Shown: piece by piece, positions 11,481 to 19,683 of the stretch | How the letters are laid out: every line of letters starts with the position of its first letter | Numbering within the stretch: position 1 is the first letter of the stretch | DNA from: Candidatus Lachnoclostridium pullistercoris | GTDB taxonomy: Bacteria > Bacillota > Clostridia > Lachnospirales > Lachnospiraceae | Assembly (NCBI GenBank): GCA_019119775.1 | Contig: DWWL01000076.1 | Coordinates: 13,240-77,239 of the forward strand | Length of the DNA stretch: 64,000 nt | Reading direction: 5' to 3' | Notes under the pieces: generated by a model | The model's database searches: none | What the model saw: the letters and a program-made list of their open reading frames with translations, nothing else | What the model was told of the DNA's origin: nothing | Made by a program: the position numbers and the translations under genes

Positions 11481-11735
11481 ATGACAAAAAAGACAATCAG
11501 GATTGAACTCGCATCAGGACTCGAAGCAAGACCGGTAGCGATGCTGGTACAGATCGCCAGCCAGTTTGACAGCAGCATCTATGTGGAGAACGGCGACGCC
11601 CGTTTCAATGCGAAGAGCATCATGGGAATGATGACCCTTGGTCTTTCCAGCGGTGAGGAGATCACTGTAAGCGCAGACGGAAAGGACGAGGAAGCGGCAA
11701 TCCGTGAGATTGAAAAGTATCTGAGCACAAAATAA
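11481..11735 (+). CDS. HPr-family (Crh-like) protein, His15 replaced by Glu
   Basis: GLEARP (canonical GLHARP), NAKSIMG with Ser46. Confidence 0.9.
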   Translation: MTKKTIRIELASGLEARPVAMLVQIASQFDSSIYVENGDARFNAKSIMGMMTLGLSSGEEITVSADGKDEEAAIREIEKYLSTK

Positions 11736-11822
11736 GAGGAAAAATCAGCCTGATCCGGTTGGAAAAGAAAAAAGTGGAAATGTTCTGGAGACAGCAGATG
11801 CGCTGTCTCCTTTTTATATGTT

Positions 11823-12521
11823 TTATATGTCTGAGGCTTTGAGCTGGTAGCCGATGCCCCGTATGGTTTTTAAATATTTCGGGTGGTTGGGATCCTCCTC
11901 GATCTTCATGCGCAGCCGGCGGATGTGGACCATGATTGTGTTGTCATCGACCATGCTGTCGTTCCAGACGTGGGTGTAGATCTGTTCCTTCGTCAGGATC
12001 CGGTTGACGTTATTCATAAAATACTTCATGAGGAGAGCTTCTTTGCTGGAGAGGGGAATCTCCTCCCCGTTCTTATAAAGTTTCATCTCGTCGCAGACAT
12101 ACTGAAATTCTCCGGCAGTGAGGATCGTGTGTCCGCTCGGAGCGGACAAAGAGATGCGCCGCAGACATGCCTTTACCTTTGCGCACAGAACCATGGTGCT
12201 GAAGGGCTTGGTGATATAGTCATCAGCGCCGATTCCCAGGGCCAGCACCTTGTCTGTCTCCGCCTGACGTCCGCTGAGGACGAAGACGGGGGTCAGGATC
12301 CCATGGGTGCGCAGATAATTGATCACCTGAAATCCATCCATATCTTCCATGATCAGATCCAGGATGATCAGAGAATAGGAGCGCTGTTCTGCCATATGTA
12401 CGGCTTCGATGCCGCCAGGGGCTTCTTCCGTGGAAAAGCCTTCCGCGCCCAGGACCCGGCAGATAATGCGCCGAATGGCCGGGTCATCATCGACTACCAA
12501 TATATTCTGATGTTCTGCCAT
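11823..12521 (-). CDS. OmpR/PhoB family response regulator
   Basis: REC (VVDDD, LDLIM, KPF) plus winged helix (VHIRRLRMKIE, TIRGIGY). Confidence 0.93.
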   Translation of the reverse strand: MAEHQNILVVDDDPAIRRIICRVLGAEGFSTEEAPGGIEAVHMAEQRSYSLIILDLIMEDMDGFQVINYLRTHGILTPVFVLSGRQAETDKVLALGIGADDYITKPFSTMVLCAKVKACLRRISLSAPSGHTILTAGEFQYVCDEMKLYKNGEEIPLSSKEALLMKYFMNNVNRILTKEQIYTHVWNDSMVDDNTIMVHIRRLRMKIEEDPNHPKYLKTIRGIGYQLKASDI

Positions 12522-12597
12522 AGTGGAGCTCCTTTCCGAACGTTTTGTCCCACTAGTATAGCATGAACGCAGGGGAAAATCAGTAACGCATGTTTAC

Positions 12598-12651
12598 CTT
12601 ACAAAAATTTAAGGTAACATAGACACTGAGTTAAGATGCACATAGTATAAT
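12598..12651 (+). promoter_or_regulatory. Putative response-regulator box and -10 element of the TTT operon
   Basis: CTTACA-AAAA-TTTAAG near-palindrome (12598-12613), TTAAG repeated at 12631, TATAAT at 12646 with no clear -35. Confidence 0.5.
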
Positions 12652-12704
12652 TCTTTCAACAGGAAAAATTGTGCAAAAAGCACAAAAGAAAGAGAGGGAA
12701 TGTG

Positions 12705-13769
12705 ATGAAGAAACGGATGATGAAGGCAGCGGCTCTGTTCATGTCAGCGGTGATGACCCTGTCTCTGGCAGCGTGCGGAGGCGGCTCCGGCAGTGGGACG
12801 ACCCAGGCGGCCGGCGCAGATGGGGAAGCAGCGGACGCGGCTGACTGGAAGTGGGAGAGAAAAGTGACGATCGTATGCCCCTGGGGCGTAGGCGGCGGAG
12901 CAGACGGAACGTTAAGACCGCTGCAGCCCGCTCTGGAGGAGGAACTGGGAGTTCCGGTAGAGATCGTGAACGTAGAGGGAGCCGGCGGCGCCAACGGCGT
13001 AAATTATGCGTACAAGCAGCCGGCCGACGGATATACCTATATGCTGGGAACCCAGTCCCTGATCATGCTGGATCTGCAGAAGATCCTTCCCATGGATTTC
13101 AAGGCAGAATTTATCCCGGTTTCCAAGCTGGTTCACTCCATCCTGATCGTGGGATCCTCCGCGAAGGCGATGGAAGGCAAATACACCAACTTTGATGAAT
13201 TTATTGAATACGCGAAGAATCATCCCCAGGAGCTGAGCTGCGGCATGCTGACCGCTACGGGAGCTGACTCCGTGGCCATGAAGCAGACCCTGGCCGGCGG
13301 CCTTGGATGCGACGTGACGGAAGTGGAAGATTACGTGAAGATCGTCAGCTACTCCAGCGGTTCTGAGATGAGCTCCGCTATGGCAGGCGGCCACATCCAC
13401 ATCAGCATCAGCGGTATTGACGAGGTAAAAGGTCTGGTTGAGTCCGGCGATATCGTTCCGCTCATCTCTCTGTCCGAGGAGAGAATGTCCACCTACCCGG
13501 AGATCGAGTGCACCGGTGAGAAGGGCATCGATTCCTATATCGGAACCTGGCGCGGAATCTTCTGCCGCACGGACACTCCGGCAGCTGCAGTGGCGGCTAT
13601 GGACGAGGCGATCAAGAAAGCCTGGGACAGCCCCGATTATCAGGAGTTTTTAAAGAATGCCGTATATCTGGACCGTGAAGGCTATCAGACGGGAGCCGAT
13701 TTCCAGGGGCTGATCGATCAGGAATATACGACTTTTGAAGAGTATCTGAAGGGCGCAGGACTGATGTAA
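12705..13769 (+). CDS. TTT substrate-binding lipoprotein (TctC/Bug)
   Basis: Lipobox LAAC; PWGVGGGADGTLR, VNVEGAGG, ADGYT, WRGIF. Confidence 0.9.
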   Translation: MKKRMMKAAALFMSAVMTLSLAACGGGSGSGTTQAAGADGEAADAADWKWERKVTIVCPWGVGGGADGTLRPLQPALEEELGVPVEIVNVEGAGGANGVNYAYKQPADGYTYMLGTQSLIMLDLQKILPMDFKAEFIPVSKLVHSILIVGSSAKAMEGKYTNFDEFIEYAKNHPQELSCGMLTATGADSVAMKQTLAGGLGCDVTEVEDYVKIVSYSSGSEMSSAMAGGHIHISISGIDEVKGLVESGDIVPLISLSEERMSTYPEIECTGEKGIDSYIGTWRGIFCRTDTPAAAVAAMDEAIKKAWDSPDYQEFLKNAVYLDREGYQTGADFQGLIDQEYTTFEEYLKGAGLM

Positions 13770-13796
13770 GGACCTGTTTTAGATAAGGGGATAAGT

Positions 13797-14318
13797 ATGG
13801 TAATAGAATTAATCGTAAACGTATTGCTGCTTGGCTTTTGTATTTTCTGCTTTGGTTATGTAGGCGCGACAATGCCTGTGTCAGCGGTCAACGAGCTGGG
13901 GGCAGAGCAGTGGCCCCAGGGCATCCTGATCCTGCTGATCCTGGCGATTCTGTGGAATATTTTCAAATTTTTCCGGGTTCACAAGCCGGCGGAGATCTCA
14001 GAAGCGTTCCGGGCCTTTCCGGGAGACGTGGTAGGATTTTTTAAGAGCAAACTGTTTTTCGGCATGGTGCTGGTGGTGGTCATGGCCATGGCCTATGAGC
14101 CGGTGGGCTTTATGGTGACCTGTTTTGTATTCCTGATGGCTTACGGACTGCTTCTGGGCCAGAGAAATATTGCCCTCTTGGTGGGAACTTCTCTGCTGAT
14201 CACCGTGATTCTGTATGTAGGCTTCTCCGTGTTTCTGGGCGTGCTTCTTCCCAGAGGAAATATTTCCTTCCTGAGAGACTTTGCGCTGTTTGTGGAATCT
14301 CTTGTTCCGTCATTCTAA
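13797..14318 (+). CDS. TTT small membrane subunit (TctB)
   Basis: 4-5 hydrophobic helices, C-terminal LGVLLPRG, position between tctC and tctA. Confidence 0.85.
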   Translation: MVIELIVNVLLLGFCIFCFGYVGATMPVSAVNELGAEQWPQGILILLILAILWNIFKFFRVHKPAEISEAFRAFPGDVVGFFKSKLFFGMVLVVVMAMAYEPVGFMVTCFVFLMAYGLLLGQRNIALLVGTSLLITVILYVGFSVFLGVLLPRGNISFLRDFALFVESLVPSF

Positions 14319-14330
14319 GGGAGGTAGCAT

Positions 14331-15836
14331 ATGGAATTATTGACAAGTGGATTATCGGTTGTATTTCAGCCTGCAATGTTTCTGCTGATTATCTTCGCCG
14401 TGTTTCTCGGCACTCTGTTCGGGGCTCTTCCCGGAGTGTCCGCGACCATGGCCGTGACGCTGGGAATCCCGTTCACCTACAAGATGGACGCGGTGAGCGC
14501 CATAGCGTTTCTGGTAGCCATCTACTGCGCCTCAATCACCGGAGGCGGCATGACGGCTATCCTGTTTAAGATCCCGGGCGTGCCTTCCAGTGCCCCCACC
14601 ACCTACGACGGCTATCCCATGGCCCAGAGAGGTGAGGCCGGAAAGGCACTGGGAATGCAGCTGGTCTGCTCCGCCATCGGCGGAATGTTCGCGGCAGTCT
14701 GCATGCTGCTCTTAAGCCCACAGCTGACTCAGGCGGCCCTGAGTTTCGGCCCTTCTGAGCTGTTTGCCATCTCCTTTATGGGCCTGTCGATTCTGACCAG
14801 CCTGGAGACGGACAATATCTGCCGCACTATTATTTCCGGTCTTTTGGGACTGCTGCTGGCCTGCATCGGCCTGGATCCCCTGCTGGGAGTTCCCAGACTG
14901 ACCTTCGGCACGCGTTTCCTCACCTCCGGAATTGAGATGATCCCGGTGATGATCGGATTCTTCGCCGTGACTGAGGTGCTGAAGCAGACGGCTAAGCCTT
15001 CCAAGCTGACGGCGGTGGGAGGAAACAGCAGCATGTCTGCCAAGATGCCCAGCCTGAAGGAGTTTCTCTCCGTAAAATGGATCGTTGCCAGATGTTCCGT
15101 GGTGGGAACCATCATCGGCATCCTTCCCGGAGCGGGAGCCACCATCGCTTCTTTCATGTGCTACTCCATGGAGCAGAAGCTCTCCAAGCATCCTGAGAAA
15201 TTCGGAACCGGATGTCTGGACGGAATCGCAGCTCCTGAGACGGGCAACAACGCCGCTACCGGCGGAGCCATGGTGCCTCTTCTGTCATTGGGTATCCCCG
15301 GCGGAAACGCCGCGGCGATCATGATGTCCGCCCTGGTATTAAAGGGAGTGACGATGGGGCCGCTGCTGCTGATCGATCAGCCCCAGTTTCTGTCCGCCAC
15401 CTTCGCGTCCATGTTCGTGTCCAACATCGTAATGGTGTTGGCCGCGATCCTCATCGCAAAGGTGTTCGTGCAGATCCTGAAGGTGCCCTACAGCATCCTG
15501 GGGCCGACCATCATCATGATGGCGACCATCGGTGCCTACGCTACGAAGAACACGGCAGTGGACGTGATCCTGATGGCAGTGGCCGGACTGGCCGGATTCC
15601 TGCTGGTAAAGTGCAAATTCAACAGCTCTGCAATGATCCTTGGCCTTGTGCTGGGAACGATCTGTGAGTCCAACCTGCGCCGCGCCGTGACCATCATCCA
15701 GGGCGACACTCTGACTGAGGCGTTCATCAATCTGCTGAAGCGCCCCGTGACCGGAGTTGTCATGCTGGTATGTATGGTGGTCCTGCTGTGGCCGGTGGTG
15801 AAGCCTCTGGTTGCAAAAAAAGCAAAGGCACAGTAA
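14331..15836 (+). CDS. TTT large permease (TctA)
   Basis: GALPGVSATMA, IPGVPSSAPTTYDGYPMAQRG, PETGNNA, LGIPG. Confidence 0.93.
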   Translation: MELLTSGLSVVFQPAMFLLIIFAVFLGTLFGALPGVSATMAVTLGIPFTYKMDAVSAIAFLVAIYCASITGGGMTAILFKIPGVPSSAPTTYDGYPMAQRGEAGKALGMQLVCSAIGGMFAAVCMLLLSPQLTQAALSFGPSELFAISFMGLSILTSLETDNICRTIISGLLGLLLACIGLDPLLGVPRLTFGTRFLTSGIEMIPVMIGFFAVTEVLKQTAKPSKLTAVGGNSSMSAKMPSLKEFLSVKWIVARCSVVGTIIGILPGAGATIASFMCYSMEQKLSKHPEKFGTGCLDGIAAPETGNNAATGGAMVPLLSLGIPGGNAAAIMMSALVLKGVTMGPLLLIDQPQFLSATFASMFVSNIVMVLAAILIAKVFVQILKVPYSILGPTIIMMATIGAYATKNTAVDVILMAVAGLAGFLLVKCKFNSSAMILGLVLGTICESNLRRAVTIIQGDTLTEAFINLLKRPVTGVVMLVCMVVLLWPVVKPLVAKKAKAQ

Positions 15837-15853
15837 AATCTGCAGTGTAGAAA

Positions 15854-15918
15854 AAAGAGAGGATGCTGCGGAACCGGGCAGTTTAGACAGCTGCCTGGTT
15901 TCACAGCACCCTCTTTTG
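15854..15918 (+). terminator. Long stem-loop terminator after tctA
   Basis: AAAGAGAGGATGCTGCGGAACCGGGCAG / CTGCCTGGTTTCACAGCACCCTCTTTT. Confidence 0.65.
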
Positions 15919-15937
15919 GAGTGAAAGGGGACAGACT

Positions 15938-16195
15938 GTGAATCGGAAGAAATTTCAGATAAAAATGGAACTGGCGATGGTAAAGCCGGTATGCATCGGC
16001 GCCGTATTTCTGGGAATTTTCTTTTTTGCGGCGGGAAGGTGGGCGGCAGCCCTGTGCATGCTTTTAGGCTCTTATCTGCTGGAGAAATCCATGTACCGCT
16101 GTCCGGCCTGCAAAAAGAAGCTGGACATGAAATATCCTCTGCCGAAGGGGGCCCGCTGTCCGTTCTGCGGGGCCGTACTGAGGGAGAAAAAATAG
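15938..16195 (+). CDS. Small two-TM membrane protein with C-terminal zinc ribbon
   Basis: Two hydrophobic segments then CPAC..CPFC; AAGGGG RBS before GTG. Confidence 0.7.
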   Translation: MNRKKFQIKMELAMVKPVCIGAVFLGIFFFAAGRWAAALCMLLGSYLLEKSMYRCPACKKKLDMKYPLPKGARCPFCGAVLREKK

Positions 16196-16228
16196 AGACT
16201 GGCGCAGGGGACAGGAGGAGAAAAGAGG

Positions 16229-18583
16229 ATGAACTGCCTGAAGAAAAGTACAAAAAAACTGGTCATGCCCCTGATCGGGCTTCTGATCTTTCTGATGACG
16301 TATCTTATGAGCGTGACTTATTCCGCCTATATGGACGTGGTGAGGGAAGAACGGCAGGAAAATCTTCTCCTGATCTCCCGGGCAGTCTCCCGCAATCTTC
16401 AGAATTTTTTCACCGAGCAGATCCGCAAGGTGGATATCCTCACCCAGACTCCCGGCTTTCAGGAGGGATTTGAAGATTTCTATGAAAACGGGGACGACCA
16501 GGGGATGAAGGAGTACATCTTTTCCTATATGCAGTCCCATCAGCAGGGACTTGCCAGCATCTATGTGCTGGACCAGGACGGAGAGCCGATCTTCCACTAC
16601 GATCAGTATCCGTTTGTGGGCCTGCTGGACGGCATTGATCTGGATCTGCACCAGTATGCCGGCGGGAAAAAGAGCGGGATCGGCGAGCTGGTGGGCCTGC
16701 TGGACGGTCAGTACGGAGTGACGCTGGTGAACAATATTTACGGCGGCAGCGGCTATCTGGGCACTGTGGTCTGTGTGCTGGATATGGAGGAGATCAGCCG
16801 GCAGTACATCGAGATTCTCAGCCCGGAAAACGGCGGATATATCACAGTGAAGGATGAAAATGGAACGGTGATCATCCATCCGGAGGAGCGGATGGTGAGA
16901 TTTAACTACAGAAGGGACCTGGAAGGCTTTGATGAGTACGCCAGGTACGATTCTCTCCGGAACATGCTGGAAAAACAGTACAGCGTGGAGGAGGGGAGCA
17001 GTGTATATGTGGAATATTCCAACAATATTCTGCCGCCGACACAGCTGATGGCGTCATTTTCCCGCATGAACTTAAACGGGATCTCCTGGTACGTGTCCGC
17101 GGTCATGCCTTACCGGGCGGCCATGCAGACGGAGACGTCCGGGATGCGCCATCTGGGGCTGCTGGCGGTGGTGATCTGCGCTCTGATTCTGACAGGCGGC
17201 GCCATTATTCACCATCAGCGGCGGGAAAGACAGAAGCTGAAGATGGAGACGAAATATCTGAGGGATATGAACCGCACTCTGGAGGAGCTGCACAGGAGCC
17301 AGGAGCAGATCCGCCATTACCAGAAGCTGACGACCATCGGGATGCTGGCCGGCGGGATCGTCCATGAGTTCAACAATCTGCTCACCCCTGTCATTGGGTA
17401 CGCGGAGTTTCTCATGGAGCAGATGGGAAAAAAGAGCGAGTACTACGGAGATCTGAAGGAGATCTACAAGGCGGGAATGAGAGGAAAGGAGATTGTGGAG
17501 CAGATCCTGCCCTTCAGCAGAAAAGAGATGGAGACGGGACTGTTTGCCCCGGTGAGCATTGACGCGGTGGCGGATGAGGCCCTGCGGGCGATGGAGCTGC
17601 TGAAGCCGTCCAGCGTACAGATTGAGAAAAAGCTGGGGGCGGCCGGCGTCAACGTGTACGGGAGCGCCACCCAGATCTACCAGGTGCTCTTGAATCTGTA
17701 CTCCAACGGCTGTCAGGCCATGGAAAAGAACGGAGGCGTGCTGACCGTGGAGAGCCGCCGGATCGGCAGAGACCAGGTTCCGGAGGAATACCGGGAGGTC
17801 GCGGACATCGACTACGTGGAGATCGTCATCTCCGACACGGGATGCGGGATCGAAAAAGAGATGCTGAAGCAGATTTTTGACCCCTTCTTCACGACGAAGC
17901 GGAAGGGGACGGGCCTGGGACTTTCTGTGGTGAAAAACATCATGGTCAATCACAGCGGATTTATTCTGGCGGAGAGCGAGGCCGGAAAAGGGAGTCAGTT
18001 TCACCTGTATTTCCCGGCGACCCAGCTGCCGGTGGAGGAGACGGAAGCGGACCGGCAGACAGAGCGGGAAGGAAAGAGGATCCCGGTCCTTCTGGTGGAT
18101 GACGACGAGCAGATCGTGAAATATCTGAAGAGAAGGCTGATGCTTAAGGGATACCAGACAGAAGCCTATACGGACGCCCAGAGGGCGATGGAAGTGCTGG
18201 GCAGGGGCGACAGAAACTGGCGCATCCTGATCGTGGATGACACGATGCCTAAGTACAGAGGAACTGCCCTGGCCAGAAAGGCCAAGCAGAGGAAAGGTTT
18301 AAAGGTGATCCTGCTCACCGGCCTGGTGGGACGGGATGCCGTTCTCATGAAGGAGCAGGGGATCGTGGACGAGATTCTGCTGAAACCGGTCCGGTTTAAA
18401 GCTTTGCTGGAGACGATGGAACGGATGATGAAAAATAAGGATGGGGGAGATCATGGGAGGGAAGGTTTTCGCAAAGAGGAGGAAAATGCTGCTCATCATG
18501 GCGGCGGTGGCCCTGATGACAGCATTTCTGATGAGCTGTACAGTGAAGGAGACGGAGATGGCGGCAGAGGACGTCTATCCTAG
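16229..18583 (+). CDS. Hybrid sensor histidine kinase (extracellular sensor, HisKA, HATPase, REC)
   Basis: H-box AGGIVHEFNNLL, DTGCGI, DPFFTTK, GTGLGL, REC VDDDE..DDTMP..KP; last ~48 aa probably read-through (see findings). Confidence 0.9.
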   Translation: MNCLKKSTKKLVMPLIGLLIFLMTYLMSVTYSAYMDVVREERQENLLLISRAVSRNLQNFFTEQIRKVDILTQTPGFQEGFEDFYENGDDQGMKEYIFSYMQSHQQGLASIYVLDQDGEPIFHYDQYPFVGLLDGIDLDLHQYAGGKKSGIGELVGLLDGQYGVTLVNNIYGGSGYLGTVVCVLDMEEISRQYIEILSPENGGYITVKDENGTVIIHPEERMVRFNYRRDLEGFDEYARYDSLRNMLEKQYSVEEGSSVYVEYSNNILPPTQLMASFSRMNLNGISWYVSAVMPYRAAMQTETSGMRHLGLLAVVICALILTGGAIIHHQRRERQKLKMETKYLRDMNRTLEELHRSQEQIRHYQKLTTIGMLAGGIVHEFNNLLTPVIGYAEFLMEQMGKKSEYYGDLKEIYKAGMRGKEIVEQILPFSRKEMETGLFAPVSIDAVADEALRAMELLKPSSVQIEKKLGAAGVNVYGSATQIYQVLLNLYSNGCQAMEKNGGVLTVESRRIGRDQVPEEYREVADIDYVEIVISDTGCGIEKEMLKQIFDPFFTTKRKGTGLGLSVVKNIMVNHSGFILAESEAGKGSQFHLYFPATQLPVEETEADRQTEREGKRIPVLLVDDDEQIVKYLKRRLMLKGYQTEAYTDAQRAMEVLGRGDRNWRILIVDDTMPKYRGTALARKAKQRKGLKVILLTGLVGRDAVLMKEQGIVDEILLKPVRFKALLETMERMMKNKDGGDHGREGFRKEEENAAHHGGGGPDDSISDELYSEGDGDGGRGRLS

Positions 18584-19496
18584 GGAGGCAGTGGAGATGA
18601 TCGCGCCGGCGGGGCCGGGGAGCGGCTTTGATCTGACGATCCGGGCCGTTTCCCAGTGTCTGATCGGCTCCGGCCTGGTTCTGGTCCCTCTCCCGGTGAC
18701 GAACAAGCCGGGAAAGGGAGGCAGCGCGGCGCTGGAATATCTGGCGGGAAAGCGGGGAGAGGACAACGTGCTCTCCATATTTTCGCCGCCGATCTGCCTG
18801 GTTCATTTAAACGGAACCACATCGTATAATTATAAGGAAAACACCACGCCGGTGGCGAAGCTCCTGGTGGATTACGGGTGCTTTGCGGTGAGATGTGATT
18901 CGCCCTATGAGAGTATCGGGGATGTGATGGATGCGCTGAGAGAAGATCCGGGAAGTCTGACCGTGGGCGGGACCTCCTCAGTCTGGTCCATGGATCACAT
19001 ACAGTTCCTGTCGGTGGCCAGGGCAGCGGGAGTGGACGGTCTGGACCAGATCGTGTACGAGGGATATGAAAACGGCGGAGCGGTGTCCAGCCTGATGGGA
19101 GGCCGCATCGACGTGCTTTCCGCCGGCATCAGCGACGTAGTGGGCCTGATGGAGAGCGGAGATCTGCGGGTATTGGCGGTGACGGCCGGAGAGCGGCTGG
19201 AAAATGAAAAAATGGCGGAGGTCCCCACCTGCAGAGAGGAAGGGATCGACGTGGAATTTTCCAACTGGCGGGGGTTGTTCGGGCCGGCGGATATGCCGGA
19301 TTATGCCCTGGAGTACTGGGAGCGCACCTTAAAGGAGATGTCGGAGACAGATGGGTGGAGGGAAACCTGCAGCCGTTACGGCTGGACAGAGGATTTTGAA
19401 GGTCATGAGGAGTTCGGAAAGTTTCTGGACGGGATCAACGAGGAATATCAGGAACTTTTGGACGAGGTAAAAGGGCTGGAGCCTGCACTCCAGTGA
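18453..19496 (+). CDS. Second TTT substrate-binding lipoprotein (TctC)
   Basis: Lipobox LMSC; PAGPGSGFDLTIR, NKPGKGG, NWRGLFGP. Confidence 0.88.
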   Translation: MGGKVFAKRRKMLLIMAAVALMTAFLMSCTVKETEMAAEDVYPREAVEMIAPAGPGSGFDLTIRAVSQCLIGSGLVLVPLPVTNKPGKGGSAALEYLAGKRGEDNVLSIFSPPICLVHLNGTTSYNYKENTTPVAKLLVDYGCFAVRCDSPYESIGDVMDALREDPGSLTVGGTSSVWSMDHIQFLSVARAAGVDGLDQIVYEGYENGGAVSSLMGGRIDVLSAGISDVVGLMESGDLRVLAVTAGERLENEKMAEVPTCREEGIDVEFSNWRGLFGPADMPDYALEYWERTLKEMSETDGWRETCSRYGWTEDFEGHEEFGKFLDGINEEYQELLDEVKGLEPALQ

Positions 19497-19683
19497 GATG
19501 AGGCCGGCGCGGAGAGGGGATTCCGCTGCCGGCCTTCTGCAGTTTTTTCCGGCTCTTTTTCTTCAGATTTTTCCGAGCCTTCTTCAGATTTCTCCGGCCC
19601 TTTTGCCGTTGAAGGAACGGCTCCGGTGTGGTAAGATGAAAGGGAATGAGTGACGGAATCTGACAACGGAAGGGAGAAGGACG

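Noticed and set aside
19560-19605. ~21-bp tandem repeat TTCTTCAGATTT.. before dnaE
   Set aside because: Two degenerate copies, likely slippage
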